In this document: positions 1-10,299 of the stretch, piece after piece
Layout of the letters: each line of letters opens with the position of its first letter
How positions within the stretch are numbered: position 1 is the stretch's first letter
Origin: an uncultured Candidatus Rokubacteria bacterium
GTDB lineage: Bacteria > Methylomirabilota > Methylomirabilia > Rokubacteriales > CSP1-6
Length of the DNA stretch: 64,000 nt
Assembly (NCBI GenBank): GCA_963771355.1
Contig: CAVYTA010000006.1
Coordinates: 576,001-640,000 of the forward strand
Direction of reading: 5' to 3'
Made by a program: the position numbers and the translations under genes
The notes under the pieces: generated by a model
Databases searched by the model: none
Told to the model about the DNA's origin: nothing
What the model saw: only the letters and a program-made list of their open reading frames with translations

Positions 1-565
1 GCAGCCGCTCGGAGGTGGTCTCCAGCATGATGCCCATGCTGACATTGACCTCGCGCAGCGTGGAGAGATCGCGCTCGGACATCAGGCCCGGATTGGCGTG
101 CGGCAGGAGCGCGGACTCGTGCAGCACCCGCTCGGAGACGGCGCGCAAGTACGCGAGGGTGGTCCGGTAACCGAGGCGCCGCAGGAAATCGCGATGCTCG
201 GGGAAGAGCGCCTCCGGCTTGTCGCCGAGGGAGAACAGCGCCTCCTTGGCGCCCAGGCGCTCGCCCGCCTGCACGAGCGCGATCACCTCGTCCGGCAGCA
301 TGGTATGCGCGCCCGGCTGACCGGGGTCCTTCCGGAAGGTGCAGTAGCCGCAGTAATCCCGGCAGAGCGTGGTCAGGGGCACGAAGACCTTGGCCGAGAA
401 GGTGAGGCGCCGGCCATGGCCGCGATCGCGAAGCGCGCCGGCGGGAGCGAGCAGCTCGGGGAGCCGCTCGTCCGGGGTGGCCAGGAGCGCCTCGGCCTGC
501 GCGGCGTCGAGCGCGCGGCCGGAGGCGGCGCGCGCCAGCGCGCGATCCAGCGCCAGCGCGCTCAT
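1..565 (-). CDS. cofG: FO synthase subunit CofG (radical SAM, F420 biosynthesis), truncated by window edge
   Basis: Not in ORF track. Manual translation from ATG at 565 gives KVFVPLTTLCRDYCGYCTFRKDP (CxxxCxxC) and LPHANPGLM...VSMGIMLETTSERL, typical of CofG or the N-terminal half of FbiC; overlaps the stop of the upstream F420 gene. Confidence 0.88.
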   Translation of the reverse strand, partial: MSALALDRALARAASGRALDAAQAEALLATPDERLPELLAPAGALRDRGHGRRLTFSAKVFVPLTTLCRDYCGYCTFRKDPGQPGAHTMLPDEVIALVQAGERLGAKEALFSLGDKPEALFPEHRDFLRRLGYRTTLAYLRAVSERVLHESALLPHANPGLMSERDLSTLREVNVSMGIMLETTSERL

Positions 566-996
566 CACGCGAAGCTCCAGTGGCTGATGCGGCCCGGCGT
601 CACCTTGATCATGGTGCCCGGCTCCGGCGGCAGTCCCATCCGGCGGTACTGCGGGTACTTGTCGAGGAGGAGCTCGGTGCCGCGCCGGTAATCCGGCCCG
701 CCGGTGAGGATCTCCGCCCGGCCCTGGATGATGACCCAGCGCAGGCGACTCCAGTCCTCGTCGTACTCGTCGATGACGACACTCACCTTCGGGTTGGCCC
801 GGATGTTCCGGACGCGGCGCAGCTCGCCGGCGGCGGCCCGCTTGGGCTTGGCGTCGATGGCGGAGAAGAGCGCCTCCCCGTCCCAGGCGTAGCAGAAGGG
901 CACCACCAGGGGATCGCCGGTGGCATCCGCGGTGCCGAGGCGGCCCACGCGACCGGCGGAGATGAAGCCCGCGACGGGCTCGGGCAAGGCCGGCAT
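565..996 (-). CDS. PPOX-class (pyridoxamine 5'-phosphate oxidase-like) F420-dependent oxidoreductase, Rv0121-like
   Basis: GRLGTAD..P.VVPFC, SAIDAKPK, LRRVRNIRANPKVSVVIDEYDEDWSRLRWV motifs; adjacent to cofG. Confidence 0.85.
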   Translation of the reverse strand: MPALPEPVAGFISAGRVGRLGTADATGDPLVVPFCYAWDGEALFSAIDAKPKRAAAGELRRVRNIRANPKVSVVIDEYDEDWSRLRWVIIQGRAEILTGGPDYRRGTELLLDKYPQYRRMGLPPEPGTMIKVTPGRISHWSFA

Positions 997-1003
997 GGGC
1001 CCG

Positions 1004-1969
1004 CTATCGCGGGAGTCGCTGGACTTTGGGACGCACGTCGCGGGCGAAACGCTCGAGGAGCGCCAGCGCGCCCTTGAGGTCCGTGGCGGTGAGGTCCCAG
1101 ACGAAATGCGTGACCCCGAGGCGCTGATAGGTGCGAATGTCCTCCACCACCTCCGCCACCGTGCCCCGGAACAGCGTCCGGTCGCCGCCCGCGGGCTTGG
1201 CGCCGCGCGGGCGGATCTCGAGGGGAACGCGGTAGCTCATGGTGATGGCCCGGGGGTCGCGACCCGCCTTGCGCGCCCAGTCCCGCACCACCGCCACCTT
1301 CTCCGCGTACTCCTTGGGCTCGAGCAGTCCCGGCGGGCGCAGCCCGATGGGATGCCAGCCGTCGGCCACCTGCCCCGCGCGCCGTAGCGCGGGCTCGGTG
1401 TGTCCGCCCGTCCACACCGGGATACCGCCCTTCTGGAGGGGCTTGGGCAGCGCGCTGACCTTGCCGAGCGTGTAGTACTGGCCCTTGAAGTCCACCGGCT
1501 CACGCTTCCACATCTCCCGCATGAGGCGGATGAACTCGTCGGTGACCCGCCCGCGCTCCTTGTAGGAGGGCGCGTTCAGCGCCTGGAACTCCTCCTCCAT
1601 CCAGCCCACGCCCGCGCCCAGGATGATGCGGCCGCCGGAGAGCACGTCCATGGTGGCGAGCATCTTCGCGGTGACCACCGGATTGCGATACGGGATGATG
1701 AGAACGCTGGTGCCGATGCGGATGCGCTTGGTCAGCGCGGCCAGGTGGGCCATGAGCGGCAGCGGCTCGAGATAGCCCTCTTTCCAGTCCCCCGCCACGC
1801 GGCCATTGGCCGAGTACGGGTACGCCGACTCGATCTCGACCGGGATCACGACGTGATCGGTGACGAAGACCGACTCATAGCGAAGGGCATCGCCCTTCTG
1901 CGCGAGCTTGAAGAGAATCTCGGGCTTCGAGAGCGGACCGCGACCTTGCAGGGCAAAGCCGAATTGCAT
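1004..1969 (-). CDS. LLM-class (luciferase-like) F420-dependent oxidoreductase
   Basis: SVFVTDHVVIP, IRIGTSVLIIPYRNP, LSGGRIILGAGVGWMEEEF motifs; start set at MQFGF (1969), 7 nt after a -10 element. Confidence 0.88.
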   Translation of the reverse strand: MQFGFALQGRGPLSKPEILFKLAQKGDALRYESVFVTDHVVIPVEIESAYPYSANGRVAGDWKEGYLEPLPLMAHLAALTKRIRIGTSVLIIPYRNPVVTAKMLATMDVLSGGRIILGAGVGWMEEEFQALNAPSYKERGRVTDEFIRLMREMWKREPVDFKGQYYTLGKVSALPKPLQKGGIPVWTGGHTEPALRRAGQVADGWHPIGLRPPGLLEPKEYAEKVAVVRDWARKAGRDPRAITMSYRVPLEIRPRGAKPAGGDRTLFRGTVAEVVEDIRTYQRLGVTHFVWDLTATDLKGALALLERFARDVRPKVQRLPR

Positions 1970-1976
1970 GGGCGCC

Positions 1977-2005
1977 ATATTGCGCGCCGGCCCTGAGCGT
2001 GTCAA
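1977..2005 (-). promoter_or_regulatory. Sigma-70-type promoter of the LLM gene (leaderless)
   Basis: TTGACA (2005-2000), 17-nt spacer, CAATAT (1982-1977), 7 nt before ATG 1969. Confidence 0.6.
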
Positions 2006-2115
2006 GCACGCGAGGTCCGAGCACCCATCATCGGCCTCCAACCGTTCGGGATGGGTAAATGGTTTCCCAGTGCGCTTCAAATACTTGAACTACAATGAAT
2101 TACCAAGATTTGAAG

Positions 2116-2131
2116 TGTCACCCAGATGACA
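2116..2131. promoter_or_regulatory. Inverted-repeat operator TGTCA-N6-TGACA upstream of the sigma-54 activator
   Basis: TGTCACCCAGATGACA in AT-rich intergenic DNA. Confidence 0.45.
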
Positions 2132-2176
2132 CAAGGGTTGGCTTCATGCTAGGCTAAATGCGAGGTGGGAAAAGCC

Positions 2177-3535
<1,359 letters not shown>

Positions 3536-3626
3536 CCGTCCCACCTCGACACTCCGTCGTCAATCCCGCAACGCCGGCGCCCCGCGCCCTTGCGAGCTAA
3601 CTACGTGGAATTGTGGGTTCCTGGGT

Positions 3627-3643
3627 TAGGCAGCCTTATTGCT
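3627..3643 (+). promoter_or_regulatory. Sigma-54 promoter (-24/-12) for the single-domain response regulator
   Basis: TAGGCAGCCTTATTGCT: GG 3629-3630, 10-nt spacer, GC 3641-3642. Confidence 0.6.
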
Positions 3644-3668
3644 ACCCAAGGGGCTGGACCGAATACGC

Positions 3669-4064
3669 ATGCCGACCATGTTGATCGTTGACGACGATCC
3701 CGCCTGGCGTGGGCTCCTGAGCGCCGAGTTCGAGGCCGGCTTCCGTCTGGTGGAGGCCAGCGACGGGATCGAGGCGCTCGCCCAGCTCGACCGCGCGAGA
3801 CCCGACATCATCGTCCTCGACCTCCGCCTCCCGCGCCTCAACGGACTGGACTTCCTGCGCGCGCTGGAACGTAAGGGGCTGGCGACCCCCGTGGTCGTCT
3901 GCTCGGGCCTCGTGACCGAGGACGGTGGGCTCGCCATTCCCGGTGTGAAGGCCGCCCCGAAAACCGCGGATCTCCGCCTGCTACGCACCGCCGTTGAAGA
4001 GACACTCGCGGCTACCGTCTCGGCTCCTCCCACCGTCCAACGGAGCGTCGCTCGCCCCAGCTGA
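3669..4064 (+). CDS. Single-domain response regulator (receiver only)
   Basis: MLIVDDD, EASDGIEAL, PDIIVLDLRLPRLNG, PVVVCSG; no output domain. Confidence 0.85.
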   Translation: MPTMLIVDDDPAWRGLLSAEFEAGFRLVEASDGIEALAQLDRARPDIIVLDLRLPRLNGLDFLRALERKGLATPVVVCSGLVTEDGGLAIPGVKAAPKTADLRLLRTAVEETLAATVSAPPTVQRSVARPS

Positions 4065-4077
4065 CTCCCAGCGCGGG

Positions 4078-4124
4078 TGCCTAGCGCCGAGGCATTTCCC
4101 GGACGGGTGCCCAATCTGTGTGCA
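4078..4124. promoter_or_regulatory. Pair of NtrC-type enhancer boxes upstream of glnK
   Basis: TGCCTAGCGCCGAGGCA (4078-4094) and TGCCCAATCTGTGTGCA (4108-4124), 17 bp each, 30 bp apart. Confidence 0.75.
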
Positions 4125-4157
4125 GGGATCGCCCCCTCCGCTTCTCGCATCGCCCTG

Positions 4158-4576
<419 letters not shown>

Positions 4577-4601
4577 AGCGCAGACGCGGCAAGGAGGATA
4601 C

Positions 4602-6098
4602 GTGGTGGTCAAAGGTGAACGGTGTCTCGTGATCGTGCTGTTGCTCACCGTGCTCGCGCTGGTGGGCACGTCGGCGTGGGCTCAGGCTCCGGCCACGCCT
4701 CCGGCGGCCGCGCCCGCGGCGGAGGCGCCCAAGGCCGACGCCCCCGCGGCAGCGGCTTCCGCGGCGGCGCCCGCCCCACCCAAGATCGACACCGGTGACA
4801 CCGCGTGGGTGCTCACCTCCACGGCGCTGGTGCTGCTCATGACGGCGCCGGGCCTCGCGCTCTTCTACGGCGGCATGGTGCGGCAGAAGAATGCCCTGGG
4901 CACGCTGATGCACAGCTTCATCATCCTGGCCCTCATCTCCATCCAGTGGGTGCTGTGGGGCTACACCCTCGCCTTCGGCCCCGACCGGGGCGGCATCATC
5001 GGGGGGCTCGACTGGATGGGCCTGCGCGGGGTGGGGCAGACGCCCAACGCCGACTACGCGGCCACCATTCCGCATCAGGTGTTCATGCTCTTCCAGATGA
5101 TGTTCGCCGTCATCACGCCGGCGCTCATCACCGGCGCCTTCGCCGAGCGGAAGAAGTTCTCGACCTTCATCGTGTTCATCCTGGCGTGGGCCACGCTCGT
5201 CTACGACCCGCTCGCCCACTGGGTGTGGGGCGTGGGGGGCTGGCTGCGCAACCTGGGGGCGCTGGACTTCGCGGGCGGGACCGTGGTCCACATCTCCTCG
5301 GGCATCTCCGCTCTCGCCGCCGCGCTCGTCATCGGCAAGCGAAAGGGATTCGGGCATCACCCGATGCCGCCGCACAACCTGCCCTTGACGGTGATGGGCG
5401 CGGGCCTCCTCTGGTTCGGGTGGTTCGGGTTCAACGCCGGCAGCGCGCTCGGCGCCAACGGGCTGGCCGGACACGCCTTCACCACCACGAACACCGCCGC
5501 GGCGGCGGCGGCGCTGGGCTGGATGTTCACGGAATGGAGCTCACGTGGCAAGCCCACCGTGCTCGGGGCGGCCTCGGGCGCGGTGGCGGGGCTGGTGGCG
5601 ATCACCCCGGCGGCCGGATTCGTCACCCCGCTGGCCTCGATCGTGATCGGCGCGGTGGCGGGGATCATCTGCTACAGCGCCTGCAACCTCAAGACGAAGG
5701 TCGGCTACGACGACTCGCTCGATGTGGTGGGCGTGCACGGGGTGGGCGGCACCTGGGGCGCGCTGGCCACGGGAATCTTCGCCACCAAGAGCGTGAACGA
5801 GGCCGGCGCCGACGGGCTTCTCTACGGCAATCCCAAGCAGCTGCTGTATCAGCTCATCGCGGTGCTGGTCACCATCGTGCTGGGCTTCGTGATGACCACC
5901 ATCATTCTCAAGGTCCTCGACGGGCTGATGGGCCTGCGCGTGAGCGACGAGGACGAGCAGGCCGGTCTCGATCTCTCGCAGCATTCGGAGACCGCCTACG
6001 CCCTCGGCGGAGGGACGGAGTATTCGCAGACGGGCGGCAGCGGCGGTGCCTTCGCGGAAGCCATGCGGGCGAGCGAGGCGAAGGCTCGCAGCCACTAG
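4602..6098 (+). CDS. amtB: Ammonium transporter with signal peptide and Pro/Ala-rich N-terminal linker
   Basis: [30 protein letters not shown] and [14 protein letters not shown] (twin His), [12 protein letters not shown]. Confidence 0.97.
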   Translation: MVVKGERCLVIVLLLTVLALVGTSAWAQAPATPPAAAPAAEAPKADAPAAAASAAAPAPPKIDTGDTAWVLTSTALVLLMTAPGLALFYGGMVRQKNALGTLMHSFIILALISIQWVLWGYTLAFGPDRGGIIGGLDWMGLRGVGQTPNADYAATIPHQVFMLFQMMFAVITPALITGAFAERKKFSTFIVFILAWATLVYDPLAHWVWGVGGWLRNLGALDFAGGTVVHISSGISALAAALVIGKRKGFGHHPMPPHNLPLTVMGAGLLWFGWFGFNAGSALGANGLAGHAFTTTNTAAAAAALGWMFTEWSSRGKPTVLGAASGAVAGLVAITPAAGFVTPLASIVIGAVAGIICYSACNLKTKVGYDDSLDVVGVHGVGGTWGALATGIFATKSVNEAGADGLLYGNPKQLLYQLIAVLVTIVLGFVMTTIILKVLDGLMGLRVSDEDEQAGLDLSQHSETAYALGGGTEYSQTGGSGGAFAEAMRASEAKARSH

Positions 6099-6105
6099 CG
6101 GGGAC

Positions 6106-6134
6106 TTGACGAGGCTCCAGGGGGGCACTAGTGT
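6106..6134 (+). promoter_or_regulatory. Sigma-70-type promoter upstream of glnA
   Basis: TTGACG (6106-6111), 17-nt spacer, TAGTGT (6129-6134). Confidence 0.6.
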
Positions 6135-6227
6135 TCTAGGCCGGCGGGGCAGGGACGCCCCGCCGGCTCCCGGTTTTGGATCGACGCCAATTCTCATCAG
6201 CGCAAATGTCATAAGGAGGATGGACGC

Positions 6228-7652
6228 ATGACGCCGAAGGAAGTGGTGAAGTTCGCGAAGGAGAAGGGAGTCAGGATCGTGGACCTCCGGTTCATCGATC
6301 TGCCGGGACTCTGGCAGCACTTCTCGATCCCCATGTCCGAGCTCAACGAGGGAATCTTCGAGGACGGCCTGGGATTCGACGGCTCCTCCATCCGGGGCTT
6401 CCAGACCATCGACGAGTCGGACATGCTGCTGATCCCGGATTCCACCACCGCCCAGATGGATCCCTACACCGCCGTGCCCACCATGGTGCTGATCTGCAAC
6501 GTCAAGGATCCGGTGACGGGGAAGGCGTACACACGTGACCCGCGCTACGTCGCCCAAAAGGCCGAGGCCTACGTGAAGAAGGGCGGGCTGGCCGACACCA
6601 TCTACATCGGCCCCGAGCTCGAGTTCTTCTTCTTCGACTCCATCCGCTTCGACCAGGGCTACAACCACGGCTACTACTTCATCGATTCCGAGGCGGGCGC
6701 CTGGAACACCGGCAAGGAAGGCACGCCCGACCGGCCGAACCTCGGCTACAAGCCGCGCTACAAGCAGGGGTACTTCCCGGTGCCGCCGATGGACCAGTTC
6801 CAGGACATCCGGTCCGACATGGTGCTGGCGCTGGAGTCGGTGGGGATCCGGGTCGAGGTGCACCACCATGAGGTGGCCACCGGCGGCCAGACCGAGATCG
6901 ACATGCGGTACGACACCCTGACCAAGATGGCGGACCGGGTGTGCTGGTACAAGTACTGCGCCAAGAACACCGCCAAGAAGTGGGGCAAGACCGCCACCTT
7001 CATGCCCAAGCCGCTCTTCCAGGACAACGGCTCCGGTATGCACACCCACCAGTCGCTGTGGAAGAACGGCAAGAACCTCTTCTACGAGCGGGGCGGGTAC
7101 GCGGACATCTCCAAGACCTGCCTCTACTATATCGGCGGCATTCTCAAGCACGCGCCCGCGCTGCTCGCCTTCATCGCGCCGTCCACCAATAGCTACAAGC
7201 GGCTGGTGCCGGGCTACGAGGCGCCGATCAACCTCGTGTATAGCCAGCGGAACCGCTCCGCCGCCATTCGCATCCCCATGTACTCCAAGGCCGAGGGCGC
7301 CAAGCGCATCGAGTTCCGCACCCCCGACCCGACCTGCAACCCCTATCTCTCCTTCGCGGCCTGCGTGATGGCCGGCCTGGACGGGATCGCCAACAAGATC
7401 GATCCGGGCAAGCCGGTGGACAAGGACCTCTACGAGCTGCCGCCCGCCGAGCAGAAGAAGATCAAGCAGCTGCCCGGCGCGCTGGACATCGTGCTCGACA
7501 ACCTGGAGAAGGATCACGACTTCCTGCTCAAGGGCGACGTCTTCACGCCCGACCTGATCGAGACCTGGATCGACTACAAGCGCAAGAACGAGGTGGATCC
7601 CATCCGGCTGCGTCCGCATCCGTACGAGTTCGCCCTCTACTACGACATCTAG
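6228..7652 (+). CDS. glnA: Glutamine synthetase type I
   Basis: [54 protein letters not shown], adenylylation motif DKDLYEL. Confidence 0.98.
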   Translation: MTPKEVVKFAKEKGVRIVDLRFIDLPGLWQHFSIPMSELNEGIFEDGLGFDGSSIRGFQTIDESDMLLIPDSTTAQMDPYTAVPTMVLICNVKDPVTGKAYTRDPRYVAQKAEAYVKKGGLADTIYIGPELEFFFFDSIRFDQGYNHGYYFIDSEAGAWNTGKEGTPDRPNLGYKPRYKQGYFPVPPMDQFQDIRSDMVLALESVGIRVEVHHHEVATGGQTEIDMRYDTLTKMADRVCWYKYCAKNTAKKWGKTATFMPKPLFQDNGSGMHTHQSLWKNGKNLFYERGGYADISKTCLYYIGGILKHAPALLAFIAPSTNSYKRLVPGYEAPINLVYSQRNRSAAIRIPMYSKAEGAKRIEFRTPDPTCNPYLSFAACVMAGLDGIANKIDPGKPVDKDLYELPPAEQKKIKQLPGALDIVLDNLEKDHDFLLKGDVFTPDLIETWIDYKRKNEVDPIRLRPHPYEFALYYDI

Positions 7653-7668
7653 CTTCGTCCGCGCCTTT

Positions 7669-7712
7669 CGCCGCCTGCCCGCTCCCATTCGATCGGGGGC
7701 GGGCGGGCGGCG
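7669..7712 (+). terminator. GC-rich hairpin after glnA (terminator or stabiliser)
   Basis: CGCCGCCTGCCCGCTCC pairs with GGGGCGGGCGGGCGGCG (with G-U pairs); no clear U tract. Confidence 0.45.
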
Positions 7713-7717
7713 CCGCA

Positions 7718-7764
7718 TGCCGCTTCGTTAGGCAGACCTGCCGAAGGTGCCGCGCCCGTGAGCA
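7718..7764. promoter_or_regulatory. Pair of NtrC-type enhancer boxes upstream of the porin
   Basis: TGCCGCTTCGTTAGGCA (7718-7734) and TGCCGCGCCCGTGAGCA (7748-7764), 30 bp apart. Confidence 0.7.
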
Positions 7765-7968
7765 ATCCGTCGTGCCGGCCCGCGCGTCTCGCGCGCCGCC
7801 TGCGGATGCTGGACGGCGTGCCGGATCGCCATTCCCGGACGATTGCGGCTGCCTAAGTGCGCGCCATTACGAATTGGTGGCGGAGAAATCCGGCGAGGGA
7901 ATCGACGGGCCGGGGCCAGGCGACGCGCACGCCGGCCCCGATTCCAGCAGGGGCCGGGACGCCATCCC

Positions 7969-7985
7969 TTGGCACCAGAATCGCA
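7969..7985 (+). promoter_or_regulatory. Sigma-54 promoter of the porin
   Basis: TTGGCACCAGAATCGCA: GG 7971-7972, N10, GC 7983-7984. Confidence 0.75.
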
Positions 7986-8095
7986 CTGCCTGCCGTGACC
8001 GACGACGGTGGTTTCGCGTCGTCCGCCTGCTCGTGGGAGCAGAGGAGTCCGAGGGCTCACGACCGAGAACCCGGATCACGCGAAGGAGAACGCCG

Positions 8096-9337
8096 ATGAT
8101 CAGACGAGCCACACGGTGGATGGCGGCGACCCTGATGCTGGCGGGGGGATGGGCGGCGCCCGTGCTGGCGCAGACACCGGCGCCGGTGCCGGGTCCTTCC
8201 CCGGCCGCCGCCGACAACAAGGAGGAGGAGAAGCCCAAGACCTACTGGGAAGAGCACAAGCTCTTCGCGTACATCGAGAACAGCTACACATTCAATCTGA
8301 CGGGGGCGGGGCGGGGTGGGACCAACGAGCTCCGCTTCTACGACAACTACGAGGGCTATACCTTCAACATGGCGGAGTTCAGCATCAAGAAGGACCCCTC
8401 GGAGAAGTACTGGTGGGGCTACGGGCTCGTCGTCACCGCCGGGGTCGACTCGCAGAAGAACCACTCCCTGGGCATATTCCGGGAGAAGGATGACACCTTC
8501 CCGTTCCGAAACACGGCGCCGTTCGACCTCCAGGAAGCCTATCTCTCGGCGATGCTGCCGGTGGGCAACGGCTTGATCGTCAAGGGGGGGAAGTTCGTCA
8601 CGCTCCTCGGCTACGAGGTCATCGAGTCGCCGAACAACCTCAACTTCTCCCGGGGCTACCTGTTCAGCTTCGCCATCCCGCTCACCCATACCGGCGGGCT
8701 GCTGTCCTATGCCTTCACGGACTGGTTCAACGCGACGGTGGGGGTGGTGGTCGGGTGGGACAACTCCGGTGACAACAACAGCGCGCCGTCCTACACCGGC
8801 CAGCTCGCCTTCACGCCGATCAAGGATCTGAGCGCGAGCATGAACTGGATCGTGGGCCCCGAGCAGAACGACCGGGACCATCGCCTGCGGTACGTGCTCG
8901 ACTGGGTGGTGGCCTACACCGGCTTCAAGAACATCACGCTGGCGCTGAACGTCGACTACGGCTCCGAGCGGAAGGAGGCCTTCCTCGAGTCGCTGGCCAC
9001 CCGGCAGGACACCGACGCCACCTGGTGGGGAGTAGCCGCGTACTTCGCCTACGACATCACCGAGGCCTTCCGGCTCGCGCTGCGGCAGGAATACTTCCGC
9101 GACGCCAACGGCGCGCGCACGGGCTTCGGCAACGCCTTGAACCTCTCGTCCACGACGCTCACCGCCCAGTACAAGATCTGGAAGGGCCTGGTCGGGCGCG
9201 TGGAGTATCGGCACGACGCGGCGGACGAGAAGGTCTACAAGGCCAAAACCACTCGGCCCGACGCCTCCGGGGGCGTGGTGGCGCAGTCCAAGAGCATGGA
9301 CACGATCTCGATCAGCCTCTACTACTCCTTTTTCTAG
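8096..9337 (+). CDS. Outer-membrane beta-barrel porin (OmpL-like/BBP2-type)
   Basis: SD GAAGGAG before ATG 8096, signal peptide (VLA-Q), LQEAY, GKFVTLLGYEVIESPNNLNFSRGYLF, PLTHTG, EYRHD, C-terminal aromatic YYSFF. Confidence 0.85.
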   Translation: MIRRATRWMAATLMLAGGWAAPVLAQTPAPVPGPSPAAADNKEEEKPKTYWEEHKLFAYIENSYTFNLTGAGRGGTNELRFYDNYEGYTFNMAEFSIKKDPSEKYWWGYGLVVTAGVDSQKNHSLGIFREKDDTFPFRNTAPFDLQEAYLSAMLPVGNGLIVKGGKFVTLLGYEVIESPNNLNFSRGYLFSFAIPLTHTGGLLSYAFTDWFNATVGVVVGWDNSGDNNSAPSYTGQLAFTPIKDLSASMNWIVGPEQNDRDHRLRYVLDWVVAYTGFKNITLALNVDYGSERKEAFLESLATRQDTDATWWGVAAYFAYDITEAFRLALRQEYFRDANGARTGFGNALNLSSTTLTAQYKIWKGLVGRVEYRHDAADEKVYKAKTTRPDASGGVVAQSKSMDTISISLYYSFF

Positions 9338-9360
9338 TTCGACCTTCGAGTTCGTGGGGC

Positions 9361-9407
9361 TGCTCAGACGCTCGGCGCCCTCTGCTGAGATGCCTGGCGC
9401 CTGAGCA
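9361..9407. promoter_or_regulatory. Pair of NtrC-type boxes upstream of the ANTAR gene
   Basis: TGCTCAGACGCTCGGCG (9361-9377, imperfect) and TGCCTGGCGCCTGAGCA (9391-9407), 30 bp apart. Confidence 0.65.
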
Positions 9408-9456
9408 GCCGGCTCACTGACCGCCTGCTAATGCCCCGATTTCCCGTTCGCCCCCC

Positions 9457-9473
9457 TTGGCATCGCCCTTGCT
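9457..9473 (+). promoter_or_regulatory. Sigma-54 promoter of the ANTAR regulator
   Basis: TTGGCATCGCCCTTGCT, near consensus: GG 9459-9460, GC 9471-9472. Confidence 0.8.
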
Positions 9474-9486
9474 CCCTCCCCACGGC

Positions 9487-10083
9487 ATGAGACCAAGATG
9501 GAAGGTAGTCATCGTCGACGATCACGCTCCATCCCGTGCTGCGGTAGCCGAGGCAGTCACCCTCCAGGGCGGACTCGTGCTCGGTAACGGAAGCAAGGTC
9601 GAGGACGTCTCGCATCTGGTGGACAAGCACCAGCCCGACGCCGTCATCATGGCGGTCGGCTTGCCGGATGGCGACGGGGTGGAGGCGGCGCGCCAGGTGA
9701 TGGCCTCGGGCGCCTGCCCGGTGGTGCTCCTCACCAGCCATACCGACTTCGCGGTGTCGAGCCGCGCGATCCAGGCCGGCGTGCTCGGCTTCCTGGCGAA
9801 GCCGCTGCGTCCGGAGGAGCTCGGACCCGCGCTCGACGTGGCGGTGTCTCGCTTCCGCGAGCTCTCGGCCGTGCGCCTGGAGAACGAGACGCTCAAGCGT
9901 ACGCTCGAGACCCGCAAGCTGGTGGAGCGGGCCAAGGGCATTCTCATGAAACGCCTCGGTCTCTCCGAGCCGGACGCATTCCGCCGCATCCAGAAGACCG
10001 CGATGGACACGCGGAAGCCGATGTCCGAGGTGGCGCAGGCTCTCCTCCTCACGGAGGAGATGGCCCAGAGCCGGAGCAAGTAG
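9487..10083 (+). CDS. ANTAR-domain RNA-binding regulator with pseudo-receiver domain (AmiR/NasT-like)
   Basis: Receiver fold (VIVDD, PVVLLTS, FLAKP), coiled coil, ANTAR RKLVERAKGILM..LSEPDAFRRIQKTAMDTR; acceptor Asp replaced by Ala (PDAVIMAVGLP). Confidence 0.92.
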   Translation: MRPRWKVVIVDDHAPSRAAVAEAVTLQGGLVLGNGSKVEDVSHLVDKHQPDAVIMAVGLPDGDGVEAARQVMASGACPVVLLTSHTDFAVSSRAIQAGVLGFLAKPLRPEELGPALDVAVSRFRELSAVRLENETLKRTLETRKLVERAKGILMKRLGLSEPDAFRRIQKTAMDTRKPMSEVAQALLLTEEMAQSRSK

Positions 10084-10088
10084 GTCGC

Positions 10089-10134
10089 TGCTCGCTTCTT
10101 CAGCAAGCGCGCCCGGCTGCCTGTTCCTGAGGCA
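10089..10134. promoter_or_regulatory. Pair of NtrC-type boxes upstream of urtA
   Basis: TGCTCGCTTCTTCAGCA (10089-10105) and TGCCTGTTCCTGAGGCA (10118-10134), 29 bp apart. Confidence 0.72.
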
Positions 10135-10186
10135 GTCGGGCCCCCGCCTCTCCCGCGCAATTGCTTGAAAAGGCTTACCTACGGGT

Positions 10187-10203
10187 AAGGCATACCCCTT
10201 GCT
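10187..10203 (+). promoter_or_regulatory. Sigma-54 promoter of the urt-ure operon
   Basis: AAGGCATACCCCTTGCT: GG 10189-10190, GC 10201-10202. Confidence 0.75.
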
Positions 10204-10221
10204 GTCGATTGAAGCGCTCGA

Positions 10222-10263
10222 CGGGGACAGTGCGGTTTCCGCGGGCTCGGCACCGCCGCCGGG
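10222..10263 (+). ncRNA. Candidate ANTAR-target dual-hairpin element in the urtA 5' leader
   Basis: CGGGGAC-AGUGCG-GUUUCCG and CUCGGC-ACCGCC-GCCGGG: two stems, each with a 6-nt loop having A1 and G4 and a C-G closing pair. Confidence 0.55.
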
Positions 10264-10299
10264 TGGCTCCACAACTCACGACGTGAAAGGAGAAGCAGA

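Noticed and set aside
2138..2155. TTGGCTTCATGCTAGGCT as a sigma-54 promoter (also GGCACGGGCTCGTGC at 16263)
   Set aside because: The GG-to-GC spacer is 11 nt, not the required 10
6135..6227. Glutamine (glnA) riboswitch in the glnA leader
   Set aside because: The conserved CGUUCA and GGAAG elements of that motif were not found; only a simple hairpin
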